DNA from: Chiloscyllium plagiosum
Taxonomy: Eukaryota
NCBI RefSeq assembly: GCF_004010195.1
Contig: NC_057749.1
Coordinates: 7,337,416 to 7,401,415, forward strand
Direction: 5' to 3'
Length of the DNA: 64,000 bases
The notes beneath the pieces are model-generated. The model did no database searches. It worked only from the letters and a program-made list of their open reading frames with translations, and had not been told where the DNA came from. A program made the position numbers and the translations under genes. This document shows positions 25,520-37,927 of the stretch, piece after piece (position 1 is the stretch's first letter; each line of letters begins with the position of its first letter).

Positions 25520-25815
25520 AACCGTCCCATCCTGTTTCCCAGGGTATCAAACTGCATGACACGGGAGAGATCAAAGAGAAACAAGACATTTACATTATTT
25601 CTTCACTCAGACTGGTGAGCCTATGGTATTCATTATCCCAGAAAGTAGTTGAGGCCAAGACATTGGGTGTTTTCAAGAAGGAGAGATATAGCTCTTGTTG
25701 CTAAAGGGATGGGGTTTGGGGGAACAGGATTAGGGTATTGAGCTTGATGATCAGCAATGATCATATTGAATGGTGGAGCATACTCAAGGGGCCGAATGGC
25801 CTACTCTTCTGCATT
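25520..25815 (+). mobile_element. CR1 3' end (second subfamily)
   Basis: LVSLWYSLSQKVVEAKTLGVFKKE; tail gggccgaatggcctactc. Confidence 0.75.
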
Positions 25816-26441
25816 ACTATGTCAAGGGAGAAAAGAATCTGGACTGATGGCAGTCTCCGCTAAGACCTGCAGAACAAAGCAGAAGAAAAATATGTCTCCT
25901 TAAGGAAGCAAGAAACATTAAAGGATGAATCAAACACATCACAATGACAGTCGGTTGTCCAGGATTCACGAAAGGAGTATGAAGTGGGTTGAGACTAATA
26001 CTAATGAAAACTGTGTTGGATTGCTGAAGTGAGAAGCCACCGGAATTGAATTGGCGTAAATGGTGCATGACACTTCTTAGAGGTAATCTAACACCACCAA
26101 TGCTTCCTGTAGCCCACAATCTCCAGTAAGCCATCTGGGACTTCCTCAAAAAAATTCATTTACGGTTACAACAGAACACCAGTGATGTTTACTGTCCCTG
26201 GCTCAGAGATGAGGACAGCCAGAAATATAACTAAGCATCATGGTCCCTGCAGCACCTTAACTTGGTTTACCTGAGGCAGGGTGGTCGAGCAGCCTTCATG
26301 ACCTCAGGATGTCTAACAGCATTTCACAGCCAAGGAAGACCCTTCACTGTGTGGGCACTGCTGAATATCAGTCAAAAGATTGACAAATTAACGCTCCCAG
26401 GTAACCACATAATGGAGGGCATCTATGAAAAATCAGGCATT

Positions 26442-26845
26442 TCATAGAACCCTTACAGAGTGGAAGCAGTCCATTCAGCCCAGTCTACACCAACCCTCTG
26501 AAAGAGTATACCACTCAAACCTGTAACACTGCATTTTCCCAGTCTGCACATCCCTGGACATGATAGACAATTTAGCATGGTCAATCGAGGAGAATCCTGA
26601 AGAAGGGCATGTGCCCGAAACGTCGAATCTTCTGTTCCCTAGATGCTGCCTGACCTGCTGTGCTGTTCCAGCAATAAAGTTTCAGCATGGTCAATCGCCC
26701 AACCTGCACACCTTTGGACTATGGGAGGAAACCGGAGCTCACCCAGGGAGAATGTGCAAACCCAACACAGCTAGCCACCCGAAGGTGGAATCAAACGCAG
26801 GTCCCTAGCACTGTGGGGCAGCAATGCTAACCACTGAGCCACTGT
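26442..26845 (-). mobile_element. HE1 V-SINE interrupted by a hammerhead insert
   Basis: HE1 reverse complement on both sides of 26588-26683. Confidence 0.85.
26588..26683 (+). ncRNA. Minimal type I hammerhead ribozyme (PLE pLTR) in a 96-bp insert
   Basis: ggagaatc-CTGAAGA-a-gggc(atgt)gccc-GAAA-CG-TC-gaatcttc; perfect 14-bp TSD agcatggtcaatcg. Confidence 0.75.
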
Positions 26846-27091
26846 TTATTTATAGTGCACATTAATGCCAGTTAATGGGCACTTGGTTGCAGGTCATTAA
26901 AAACACTTACTCAATTTCTTTCAATTCACCTAATGCCTTTGATAAAGAAACAAAATGTCAAAAGATCCACATATTGAAAGATTGACCAGACTCAAAGGTT
27001 GAATAGTCTGCTCCTGTTATATTGCTTTGTAGGTTCAAGTTAACTTCCTTCTCCCAGAACATAGAACAAACAGTGGAGATAAAAGTGTTAA

Positions 27092-27328
27092 AAACCAAAA
27101 GAACTGCAGATTCTGTAAATCAGAAACAAAAACAGAAATTGCTGGAAAAGCTCTGCAGGTCTGGCAGCATCTGTGAAGAGAAATCAGCATTAAAGTTTCT
27201 GGTCTGGCCATTCTTCTTCAGAACCATTCTGAGGAAGGGTCACTGGACCCAAAATGATAACTTGGATTTCTCTTCACAGATGCTGCCTGACCTGCTGAGC
27301 TTTTCCAGCAACTTCTGTTTTTGTTTCT
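27092..27328. mobile_element. Fold-back PLE pLTR pair, hammerhead family B
   Basis: CTGAGGA-a-gggtc(actg)gaccc-aAAA; perfect 14-bp TSD gataaaagtgttaa at 27078-27091 and 27329-27342. Confidence 0.85.
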
Positions 27329-27516
27329 GATAAAAGTGTTAATCTGTTTGTTTAACGATGCAATGGTTAACCCATGTGTCGCAGCTTTGGAATCAGGGAA
27401 GATTTAATTTCTATCTTCAAAGATTAAATGTTTCCCTATTTCACCTGTATTTCTCCATCTTGATATTGAAACTGCTGTACCTTTAAAAGTGGCCTTCTTC
27501 ATAAGCAGTGGCATGA

Positions 27517-27845
27517 GGCAGCACAGTGGCTCAGTGGTTAGCACTGCTGCCTCACAGCACCAGGTTCGATTCCAGCCTCAGGTGACTATCTGTGTGGAGT
27601 TCGCACACTCTCCCCATGTCTGTGTGGGTTACCTCCAGGTGCTCTGGTTTCCTCCCACAGTCCAAAGATGTGCAGGCCAGGTGAATTGGCCATGCGAAAT
27701 TGCCCATAGTGTTGGGTGCATTAGTCTGGGGTAAATAGTTGGGTGCATTAGTCTGGGAATGGGTCGAGATGGGTTACTCTTCAGTGGGTCGGTGTGGACT
27801 TGTTGGACCGAAGGGCCTGTTTTCAGTCTGTAGGGTATCTAATCT
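27517..27845 (+). mobile_element. HE1 V-SINE
   Basis: Full length, with an internal tandem duplication near 27706-27758. Confidence 0.9.
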
Positions 27846-27869
27846 AGACAATTAACTTGTGCACATGCA

Positions 27870-28420
27870 GTTGACTCAGTTGGTAATACATTTTCATCTG
27901 TGAGAAGACTACATGGTTAATGGATGTAATATAAACTGGACTTCAAGTACTCTACTGTCTGAATGCTACTGTTGGAGGTAACACTCTTCAATAGATTGTT
28001 GAACTCAATCTGGCCATAAGGCCATGGAAGTCAAAGTTGCATTTTTTTGATGCCTAACACAACCTCAGTCCTTCCCAAAAACATTTTACAGCTAAAGAAA
28101 AACTTCTGCAGCATAGTCCCTGCTGTAATGCAGGAAACATGGCAGCCAACACAAAAACACAGCAAGATCCCACAAACATGGAAATGACTACAAAATCTGT
28201 TTTAGTAACACTGATGGAGGGGTAAATATTGGCTAGGTCTGCCCTGCGTCTCCTTGGTTCAGCCCCATGGGGTATTTAATGTCCACCTTAGATAGGGGCA
28301 CAGCTTAGAGTCAGATCCACAATGTTCTTTCAAAGCTGCAATGGCATACCAGCTGAGGTTTTTGCCCTCACAGTTTTGGAAGTGGGAATTGAACTCACAG
28401 CGAGTTGACTCAAAGTGTAC
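27870..28420. mobile_element. Two DeuSINE remnants, tail to tail
   Basis: + head gactcagttggtaatac...; - copy catggcagccaac..cagcaagatcccacaaac..ggggtaaatattggc. Confidence 0.55.
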
Positions 28421-28823
28421 AGTACCATCACCCTGAGAGATAGCTGATCCATGTTTTAACTCCCTTACAATACGCTCACCAGCGGTCATGTTCTTTCTTC
28501 CACTCATTCAAGACGTGAACATTGCTTTATGTCTTAACACCCAGTGGGTGGCTGAAAGTCAACTATATTGCTGTGTGTGTGGGCTGGACTGGGTAGAGAC
28601 TACAAGTTTCCTTCCCTAAAGGTCACCAGTGAGGACTTTCACAACAGTAATGGGATGGCAGGGGCGACTCGATCAGCTGAATGGCCTACTTCCGCTCCTA
28701 TGTCTTAGGAAATCTCACAGCGGCTGTATGGTTTCCATGCCTTGTTTTCAAATTTTTGTCAAATTTCACGAACTACCAAGGTGGAATTCATAGCCACATC
28801 CCCTCGAGCACTTAGGTGATTGT

Positions 28824-28904
28824 AGCAGCGTGGCCGTATAGTGTAAGGTGCTATATTTAGGTACCAGTCTCTGTGGAGGCATGGGTTGAGTCCCACTGCT
28901 GCCG
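28824..28904 (+). pseudogene. tRNA-Leu(TAG) pseudogene
   Basis: agcagcgtggccg..taaggtgctatatTTAGgtaccagtctctgtggaggcatgggttgagtcccactgctgcc is collinear with vertebrate tRNA-Leu-TAG; anticodon stem mismatched, T-loop lacks a C. Confidence 0.8.
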
Positions 28905-28914
28905 ATCATGTTAG

Positions 28915-29783
28915 AGGAGGCAGACGCCTAGTGGTAGATTATTGCTGGACTGTTAATCCAGACACCCAGGTAATGTTCAGGGTCCAAATCCCACCACGTC
29001 AGACGGTGGAAATTGAATTCAATTAAAAGAAAGCTGGACTCAAGAACTTCATGATGACTGTGAAGTTGTTGTCAACGTGCAATTCTGGTCTCCTTCCTAT
29101 CGGAAAGATGTTGTGAAACTTGAAAGGGTTCAGAAAAGATTTACAAGGATGTTGCCAGGGTTGGAGGATTTGAGCTATAGGGAGAGGTTGAATAGGCTGG
29201 GGCTGTTTTCCCTGGAGCGTCGGAGGCTAAGGGGTGACCTTATAGAGGTTTACATAATTATTAGGGGCATGGATAGGGTAAATAGGGAAAGTCTTTTCCC
29301 TGGGGTCAGGGAGTTCAGAACTAGAGGGTATAGGTTTAGGGTGAGAGGGGAAAGATATAAAAGAGACCTAAGGGACAACGTTTTCACGGAGAGGGTGGTA
29401 CGTGCATGGAATGAGCTGCCAGAGGAAGTGGTGGAGGCTGGTACAATTACAGCATTAAAAGGCATTTGGATGGGTATATGAATGGGCTGGTTGCTGGCAG
29501 GTGGGACTAGATTGGGTTGGGATATCTGGTCGGCACGGATGGGTTGGACCGAAGGGTCTGTTTCCATGCTGTACATCTCTATGACTCAATATGACTTTTT
29601 TGGAAAAACCCATCTGGTTCACTAATGCCCTTTAGGGAAGGAAACTGCCATCCATACCAGGTCTGACCTACAAGTGACTCCAGACCTACAGCAATGTGGT
29701 TGACTCTTAACTGCCCTCTGGGGATGGGCAATAGATGTTAACTGGCCAGCAATGTCCTCATCCCATGAATGGATAAAAAAAAG
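28915..29783 (+). mobile_element. SINE family B split by CR1
   Basis: Head 28915-29076; body resumes at about 29600. Confidence 0.8.
29077..29590 (+). mobile_element. Young 5'-truncated CR1 (ORF2 C-terminus largely open)
   Basis: QFWSPSYRKDVVKLERVQKRFTRMLPGLEDLSYRERLNRLGLFSLERRRLRGDLIEVY. Confidence 0.95.
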
Positions 29784-30727
29784 TCCGGTGTTGTGACAAT
29801 GACACCACCACCTCCCCATGAGTTTATTGTGGTTCAGTGGGATCATACTATGCAATGACCGAAACAGCAAAAGTGATGACAATTCGAAATGCAGTGCACC
29901 AGCACTGGAAGCACCCTTAGACACACGATAAGGCACTATATAAATGCAAATGAGTTGTTGCATGACTACAGCCAAAAGCCAAGGGCATACTCTTCCTCTG
30001 ACTTCATTTTGCCCTTTTGCTTTTTTTTCCTCAGTTTGAAAAAATTCTATGTGAAAACTGCGAAAAAATGTCAACCCATCATTTAATTTTGCCAATCACA
30101 ATTCCTGTTGTCAGTTGAGAAAGAAAAAGGGCAAATAGCCATTTCTCAAACACAAAGAAACTGGTGCTCAATGAAGCATGGAAGGAGTGATTTGAAACAG
30201 TATTTTAAAGATTGTACAGCTCCAACTATGAGACAGTCTTGACTCTGCCCGCAAGAAGACAACCCAACAAGACAGTAGGGCCTCAACAGTGGACAGCGAG
30301 CCTCCATCGAATTCTTGGCAAAGGACTTCTTTAAACGACAACCGTTGCTGGGGACGCCTCTCAGCTGCAGCAATTCTGAATGAATTTCTGTGCCATAAGT
30401 CCTGTCAGCGTCATGGGCTTGATAACCCAATAATTTCCCTGGCTCATTATCACCGTAGAGCCCATCATGCCTTCGCAAATCAGCTCCGCGGAGCAGGGGA
30501 GGAACGTGTCAAGATGCCAGTTTCATTTCTGTGCAGATGGGTGCTTTGCACGGATGGTTCCACAGCAGGGGAGCTTTTGCCAGGCCATAATTAAGTCCAG
30601 AAGGCACACATTTTATAGAAAAGGCAACATCACTCCATTTTGCTCCCATGTGGAGGATTCCTCCCAAGTCGATGCATTTGCAAAGGAACCGTAGCTGGAA
30701 TACTAGCAATGGCTCCTTGATTGGTTT

Positions 30728-30965
30728 CAGTTTGATTTATTATTTTCACATGTACCAAGATACAGTGACAAGTATGGTATTGAGTGTTATCCAGATAAAT
30801 CATACCTTACATACGTACATCAGGGTACGAGAACAGAATGCAGAATATAGTGTTACAATTACAAAGAAGGTGCAGAGAAAGATTGACTATAATATATGAG
30901 AGGTTCATTCATAAGTCTGATAAAAGAGCTGTTCTTGAATCTGTTGATATGTGTTTTCAAATGTT
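30728..30965 (-). mobile_element. Rex1/Babar-like LINE 3' end
   Basis: NRFKNSSFIRLMN; tail cactgtatcttggtacatgtga. Confidence 0.7.
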
Positions 30966-31319
30966 TGACGGGAGAGGGTGGAAGACAATATAACTGGGTT
31001 GGCAGGGCACCATGGGGTATGCTCTTCGCTGCTACAGGACCATCATTACTGATGATGTTGGCTGTTTTCTGCTGCATCGTTTAGTTTGGAAATGTGCAGA
31101 CATGCCAACTGTTAGCAGACCATTTGTAATTAAGAGTAAGGAGGTAAAACAAGACAAAGCCTTTTTCTCACCCCGCCCACTGCAAATGAGGGTTATTGCA
31201 GCATGGCGTGAGTTGCTTTTTTGTTGAGGTAAGAATGGCAGGGTGAACTTTCGAAACACAGCAAAGTGCACAGCCACAAGGAGTTAACGGGGCTACAGTT
31301 TTGGTTGTGGAGTACTCCA

Positions 31320-31544
31320 GGAAAGTGAGCACTGCAGATCCTGGAGAGTCAGTGTTGAAAAGTGTGCCACTGGAAAAGCACAGCCGGTCAGGCAGCATCC
31401 GAGGAGCAGGAGAATTGACGTTTCGGGCATATGCTCTTGATCGGGAATATCTGACGAAAGGCTTATACCGGAAACATTGACTCTCCTCTTCCTCGGATGC
31501 TGCCTGACCGGCCGTGCTTTTCTAGTAGCACACTTTTAGACTAA
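31320..31544. mobile_element. Fold-back PLE pLTR pair, hammerhead family A
   Basis: Perfect palindromic 12-bp TSD tggagtactcca at 31308-31319 and 31545-31556. Confidence 0.88.
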
Positions 31545-31577
31545 TGGAGTACTCCACCAAACAGCCTGTGCAGCCAC

Positions 31578-31745
31578 AGGTTAGGTGACTTGGCCATGGT
31601 AAGTTGCCCATAGTGTTAGGTGAAGGGGTAAATGTAAGGGAATGGGTCTGGGTGGGTTGCTCTTCGGAGGGTCGGTGTGGACTTGTTGGGCCGAAGGGCC
31701 TGTTTCCACACTGTAAGTAATCTAAAAGTAATCTAGTCTAATCTT
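31578..31745 (+). mobile_element. HE1 3' half
   Basis: ggacttgttgggccgaagggcctgtttccacactg tail. Confidence 0.85.
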
Positions 31746-31887
31746 GTATCTAATCATCTCCAGCTCCTCTCAGCAAATTCGTAAATCGTTGTCAATATTT
31801 GGCACAAGTCATCAGTATTACCCTTCCCCTGCAGTAAACTGAGTAGAATTTTTAAAAACTAGCCCTTTGTGATGTCATCATATTTCT

Positions 31888-32195
31888 TAGATGATTAGAT
31901 TCCTACGGTATGGAAACAGGCCCTTCGGCCCAACAACCCTCCAAAGAGTAACCCACCCAGATCCATTCCCCTACCCTATATTTACTCTATATTAATGCAG
32001 CTAACACTATGACCAATTTAGCATGGCCAATTCACCTGACCTGCACATCTTTGGACTCTGGCAGGAAACCGGAGCAAACCCATGCAGACATGGGGAGAAT
32101 GTGCAAACTCCACAGGGAATCACCCGAGGCTGGAATCGAACCTGGGTCCCTCATGCTGTGAGGCAGCAGTGCTAACCACTGAGCCACCGTGTCGT
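31888..32195 (-). mobile_element. HE1 V-SINE
   Basis: Full reverse-complement copy. Confidence 0.9.
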
Positions 32196-32399
32196 CCCAA
32201 ATGCCTCTTATACAATCACTTTGACACACCTTAATTGGTACAGTGGTCAATATGGCATCCCGTAAAAGGCTATATGACTCATTCATCAGTCATCGATGGT
32301 CTTGGATGAGGGAGAATGCTTAGAAGGGACACCATGGTGCATGCTCTTTGCTACCACAGGATGATCATTACTGAACCAGCTGAATAGCTGGTCTTGTAA

Positions 32400-32570
32400 T
32401 CAAATCAAAATACTGCGGATGCTGTCAACCTGAAACAAAAGCAAAACATTCTGGCGATACTCAGCAGGCCTGACGGAATCCCTGGAAAGAGGAACAGAGT
32501 TAGCATTTCTTCAGAAGAAGAAACCATTCCAAAAGAAAGCCATATCCGACTCGAAATGTTAACTCTGTTT
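32400..32570. mobile_element. Fold-back PLE pLTR remnant, family B
   Basis: aatactgcggatgctg...gactcgaaatgttaactctg. Confidence 0.6.
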
Positions 32571-33243
32571 ATTTTTTAAAATTCATTTATTCACTGGATG
32601 AATGCATTGCTGTCTGGGTCAGCATTTATAGCCCATCCCGAGCTGTCCCTCAGAAGGTGGTGAACTGCCTATCCAGGTCACTAATCCCCCCTGGGAAAGG
32701 AAATCTGACAATCATGTTTGGTCTGGTCTCCATGCAAGGACATCTATCAAATAACAACAGAACCTTACCTTAATCCCCGAGAGTGCAGGACATGTTAGGT
32801 TCAAGATTAATCTGGAGGTAACCGACTTCAATGAACCTCCTAATGAATCTAATCATTTAAGTCATGTTGAGTTGTTTATAATGAATAGTTTTTTGTATAA
32901 TTAAAAAGTGGTGTGGAAGATGATTGCGCAATCAATTATACACTACACCTAATCATTATAATAGGTGAGAAGGCTTTTCCATTGAAATTACATTGTCTGT
33001 TAAATTTCCAATTTTTTTTTGAAGAGTTGTTCTTGAAAATTTAAAGCTGGATAACAGTTATTTGGGTCAATTGAGGTGCTGTGTTCAGTAAGATCATCAA
33101 ACCTGGGACCTGGTTTTCCTTTATCCAATTGTGATATTACTTATCCAAGCTAGCATTGTGCTCTGGTAATTGTTTTCAACACCAGAATCCCCAGGATAGT
33201 GGCTTTTAGGTGAGTCTTATCTTCATCAGATATCATGTACTAT

Positions 33244-33480
33244 TGTGGAAGAATGTTGCGCTGGAAAAGCACAGCAGATCAGGCAGCATCTGAGGAGCAG
33301 GACAGTCAACGTTGCAGGCATAAGCCCTTCATCAGGAACGGGGGGGGGCGGATTCCTGATGAAGGGCTTATGCCTGAAATGTTGACTCTCCTGCTCCTTG
33401 GATGCTGCCTGACCTGCTGTGCTTTTCCAGCAACACACTCTCGACTCTGATCCCCAGCATCTGCAGTCTTCATTTTCCCC
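33244..33480. mobile_element. Fold-back PLE pLTR pair, hammerhead family A
   Basis: cccttcatcagg / cctgatgaaggg head to head; TSD tatca(tg/ca)tactat. Confidence 0.88.
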
Positions 33481-33634
33481 TATCACATACTATAGCAAAG
33501 AGAGTTCAGTACATTATGCTTGGTCACCATTGTCCTTGGTTTTACTGAAAAGTAACTTTCTAAGTTCAGTTTAGTGATTTTTCCTTGTTGTTAAGAATGG
33601 AGTTTCAAGATTTTGAGCCAGTGACCATGAATGG

Positions 33635-34000
33635 CTTTATTATTCACTCATAGGACACCAGCATTGCTAGTGGCCAGCATCTATTGCCTGTTCCTAGATG
33701 CCTTTGAACTGAGTGGTTTGCTAGGCCATTTCAGAGAGCAGATGAGAGTCAACCAAATTGCTGTGGGTCTGAAGTCACGTGTAGGCCTGTCCAGGTAAGG
33801 ATAGCATTTTTCTTTCATTAGTGAACCAGATGAGTTTTTCTAACAATGGATTCATGGTCATTATTAGAGTCTTGATTCCAGATTTTTATTGAATTTGAAT
33901 TCCACCATTTACCGTGGCAGGATTTGAACCCAGGTCCCAAAACATTCCGAGAGTTTCTGGATTAATAGCTGAGCGATAATACCACTAGGTCATCGCCTAG
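33635..34000 (-). mobile_element. SINE family B
   Basis: Full reverse-complement copy. Confidence 0.8.
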
Positions 34001-35964
34001 TGATGACACATGATCAAATCAGGATTATGTGTGCAACATGAAGGGGGAACTTGAATGGAGTGGTATTCCCAAGCACCTGGTCCAACTGCCCTTCTAGATG
34101 GTAGGGGTGTTGGTTTTGGTAGGTGGTGTAAAGACAGCATTCTGTTACTAGGGCAGAATTTTCCCAGGCTCAGAATAGCGTTGGCATTGGTGAGAAAGTT
34201 GAGTGATCTTGTCTGGGGCCTGGATAAGGATAAGTGGCAGGGAATACATCACCGCAGAGTCTTTACTGAAGAGATGATGAATTAACGAGATGATGTCTTG
34301 TATGAGAATAATACATACAACTACATTGCAAGTCAAGCACAATTACCAGGACTCTCAGGAGCTGTACCAAATACATCTGCTGGCTCTGAAGGGAAGTGTA
34401 AAACACAGTGTCTCCCCCCACAGACAATGAATGACATTAGCAGACTTGGAGGAGGTAATGCACCTTCTACATTAACTCTTTCAGAACCATTAATGTATAT
34501 AACTACCATCACCTTAGCCAGAGCTATTAGCGAGGTCTACACTTGTGAAAGAATGAAACAAATCGCTGAAGGATAAAGCTAACTTTACTCTCTTAATCTT
34601 GACAATCTCAAGTAACATAGTAATTTTTTTAAGAGATCCCTTTCTCCTGGTTATGTATTTTTATATTTGTATATATTAAATCAAATCCCCACACTATCGC
34701 CAAACAGTGGCAGTGCTTATTTAAGCTCCAGCACACATGTCATGTGTGTGTGGGTGTAGGGCACAGTGAAAAAACAATGAGTACGGAAAACTTTGTTCAC
34801 ATTGCACCATCAGGAAGAAAGGAAGCAGCCAAGTGGCCAGTGACAAGCAGTGCCCTTTCAAGTAATGTTGTATTTAGTAAGCGGTCTTTGAAAATAGCAT
34901 TTGGCGATCAAATTCAACTAAATCAATTATAACATCAGGACAAATAGTATGCTAATGGAATGAAAAGATTTCATCCTGAGCGTGATTTGAACATAAATCT
35001 TGGTGGTCAGAAAAAGAAACAGACTGGGTTAAGCCCAAGTTGGAGATCAGGCGAGATCTCCTGACACAAACATTTACACTTGCAATAGAGTCATAGAAGC
35101 ATACAGCACGGAGACAGACCCTTCGGTCCAATCAGTCCATGCCGAACTCAATCCCAAATTAGTTCCACCTGCCGTACTTACCCAAATGATTTTGTTTTGA
35201 TGGAATGCCGAGAGGTAAAATATCTGAGAACCATTTCTAAGCCACAGGATGCTGGGATGAGGTACGTTTCTGAGGAAGAACGAGATGGGAGAGTGGCACA
35301 CCCGTTTGCACATTGGAGGCAAACTGGTGTTAACAATGAGAAAATGGGTGGCCAAAGGTAAGAGCTTTCACTTTCATATTTCAAAGATACTGTTATAAAG
35401 TGTGATGAGAGTGCCAACATTATCTAAAACTATTATAGCTGCACATTTAGAAGCAAAAGTCCTTTATGGATTATTTGCAGGTAGCTATTCTTTTGTAAAA
35501 TACAATCTAGCCTTTCTTTTCTTTATGAGTCACATTGACTTACCTTGGAGACTGCACAGATTTCCAATTTTTCTTCCTCTTGTAATTATTTCTTATTGAG
35601 ATTCTTTATAACATGACCTTTCCATGAAATGAACTGCTCTGACCTTTTAGTAACTGCTTTTAATTCTTATTTTTAAATCACCAACCTTTATGGGCTTCCT
35701 GCCTTTTTAATTCCTTTGTATTTAATTTCTTTTTCTTTTAAGCTTCTACAATGGTGCAGGCTTGCTTTTGTCTGAGAGGGGCGGGTCCGGCGTAGTCATT
35801 TGAAAAATATTGGTGAAAGTCAGTTTGCCCGAAAGACTTGAAATGGGTGCCTGCAGGGATATGAGAAGCATGCAGAGTAGGTGAGGGCTACAGAGTTAGA
35901 ACAGTTTCCAAACATGGTTGAGAATTTGAAAATCAAGGCATTGCCAGACCCAAAGCCAATATTG

Positions 35965-36165
35965 CTCAATCAGCTCAGTTGGCTGGGTGGTTGATTTGGG
36001 AAGCAGTGTGATGCCAACAGTGTGGGTTCAATTCCCATCACTGGTTGAAGTCACCATGAAAGACATTCCTTCTCAACCTCTCCTGAGGTATAGTAGTCCT
36101 CAGATTAAATCATCATCATTTGTCTCTCTGTAATGAGAGAGCAGTCCTAATGTCTGGGAAGACTG
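35965..36165 (+). mobile_element. SINE family C
   Basis: agctcagttggctgg A-box, gggttcaattccc B-box. Confidence 0.75.
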
Positions 36166-37399
36166 TGGAGACACAATTGATCAGCACGCATTGGGTGATA
36201 ACAAGGCAGAACTTGAATGCAGAGGCAGCAAAGTTCAAGTTAATGGAAAGCAAAAGATGGAAGGACAGCATTGAAATACTCAAGTTTGCCAGTCTAACTG
36301 GTGAGGTTTAAATTAGGGCATTATGATGTGCTTAATTGTAAGACTTATTCGATGGATGCCTCCAAGTGTGCCAAAACAAAGTGATGCTGATGCTTTCAAT
36401 GGCAGAGGAATTTAAGAATATATCAGAGACTTTGACAATGAGCGATCGGAGTCAGAAGCTAATCACAAGGTCATATTGGAATGATATTTAATGTTAGGAG
36501 CAGTCTGGTTCAGACTCAAGGAGCAACCAAGGGAGGGACAGAATTTGTTCAGGGGATTGAAGTTGAAGACTTTGGGCAGGACACTAGAAAGAGGAAAGTT
36601 TACAGCATAGTTCTCCATTTTCTTTGAAGTGTAGGAGGCACGAGAGGAAATATGTTCCTCAGGATAATGATCATTGCAACAAAGAAGAGAAGAGAGAGAT
36701 GAAACAGTTGTGTTGGAGAGGTTGTGATCCAACCCATAAAATTAAGTAATATGATGGACTGGAGCCAAGGGATGCACAAGCTGTCTCTTACTATATTCTG
36801 TTAAGGTCTTGGTTAAAGAAAGCACTTCGCTTGGAAGGAAGTTCTAAGCTTTTCTGTCTTTATGACCATTACTTTCAATCAAACCGCATCATGTTGTCAT
36901 TAAAATTATGCCTTAGTTTTGAGATAGGCCCAGGAAAGATAAAAAAAAAAATAAGTCTTTTGATCACTATGGTGCAAAATTGTGGAAGCATTCTTCATAA
37001 GTGTACTCATGACTCTGTGACACAGAAGTCTTTCTTCCAGTATCTCATTTCGAAGATGGCAATTAAAAAAGACAACCATTAAAACTAATAAAAGGATTGG
37101 AAAAGTGTAAAGGTCATGCAATACTTCAAAGGCTCTTATCTGGTGATTTCTTTAATTCCTTTAATGGTAGTTTCTTCCTCTTTCCTCTCCCATGATTTCA
37201 ATATTTAATTATTGGTTCACCAACAAGCTATATTGGTATATTGTTCTGGCACATTTAGAGGCAGTCATACGATAAGTCTTGAAATTATTACAAGTGAAGC
37301 ACATCATAATACCCCCATTTAAACCTCACCAGTTAGCAAGCTATAGATTGTAGTTAACATGGCTAAATACTTTTTTCCTTGATTACTCTATAGGAAGTG

Positions 37400-37735
37400 G
37401 ATGGCATAGAAATACTACCAATGGACTACTAATCTAGCGGCTCAGCCTGACTCTCTGAGCACTGGTGGAATTTAAACTCAGCTTAATTAAAAACAAATCT
37501 GGATATGAAAGTAAGTCTTAGTAATAGTGAACATGAAACTACCATCCCATTGTTATGAAATTCCATGTGGTTCCCTCATGGGAGGAAGTCTGCTCTCCAT
37601 CTTGGTCTGACCTATATGTGACTTGATACTCACATTCTTAAATGCCATCTTCAATAGCCAAATAAACTACTCCAGTCAAAGGCAATTAAGTGTGGGCAAC
37701 AAATGTGGACCTTACATGGGACAAACTCATGAATT
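37400..37735 (+). mobile_element. SINE family B, old
   Basis: Degenerate body and tail. Confidence 0.6.
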
Positions 37736-37783
37736 GTGCTGTCAATTCAATAGCTGGCTTACAGTCAGACTAGATTGACATGT

Positions 37784-37927
37784 TGCTTCTGATGACTCAT
37801 TCCTCATGAAGAGCTTATGCCCGAAACATTGACTCTCCTGCTCCTCAGATGCTGCCTGACCTGCTGTGCTTTTCCAGCACTACATGTTTTGACTCTGATC
37901 TCCAGCAGTTACAGTCCTCACTTTCTC
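37784..37927 (+). mobile_element. PLE pLTR insert, family A (core mutated to CTCATGA)
   Basis: TSD ctag(a/t)ttgacatgt at 37770-37783 and 37928-37941. Confidence 0.8.

Noticed and set aside
34298..34576. 92-aa ORF in unique DNA
   Set aside because: No recognisable domain or splice context; length compatible with chance
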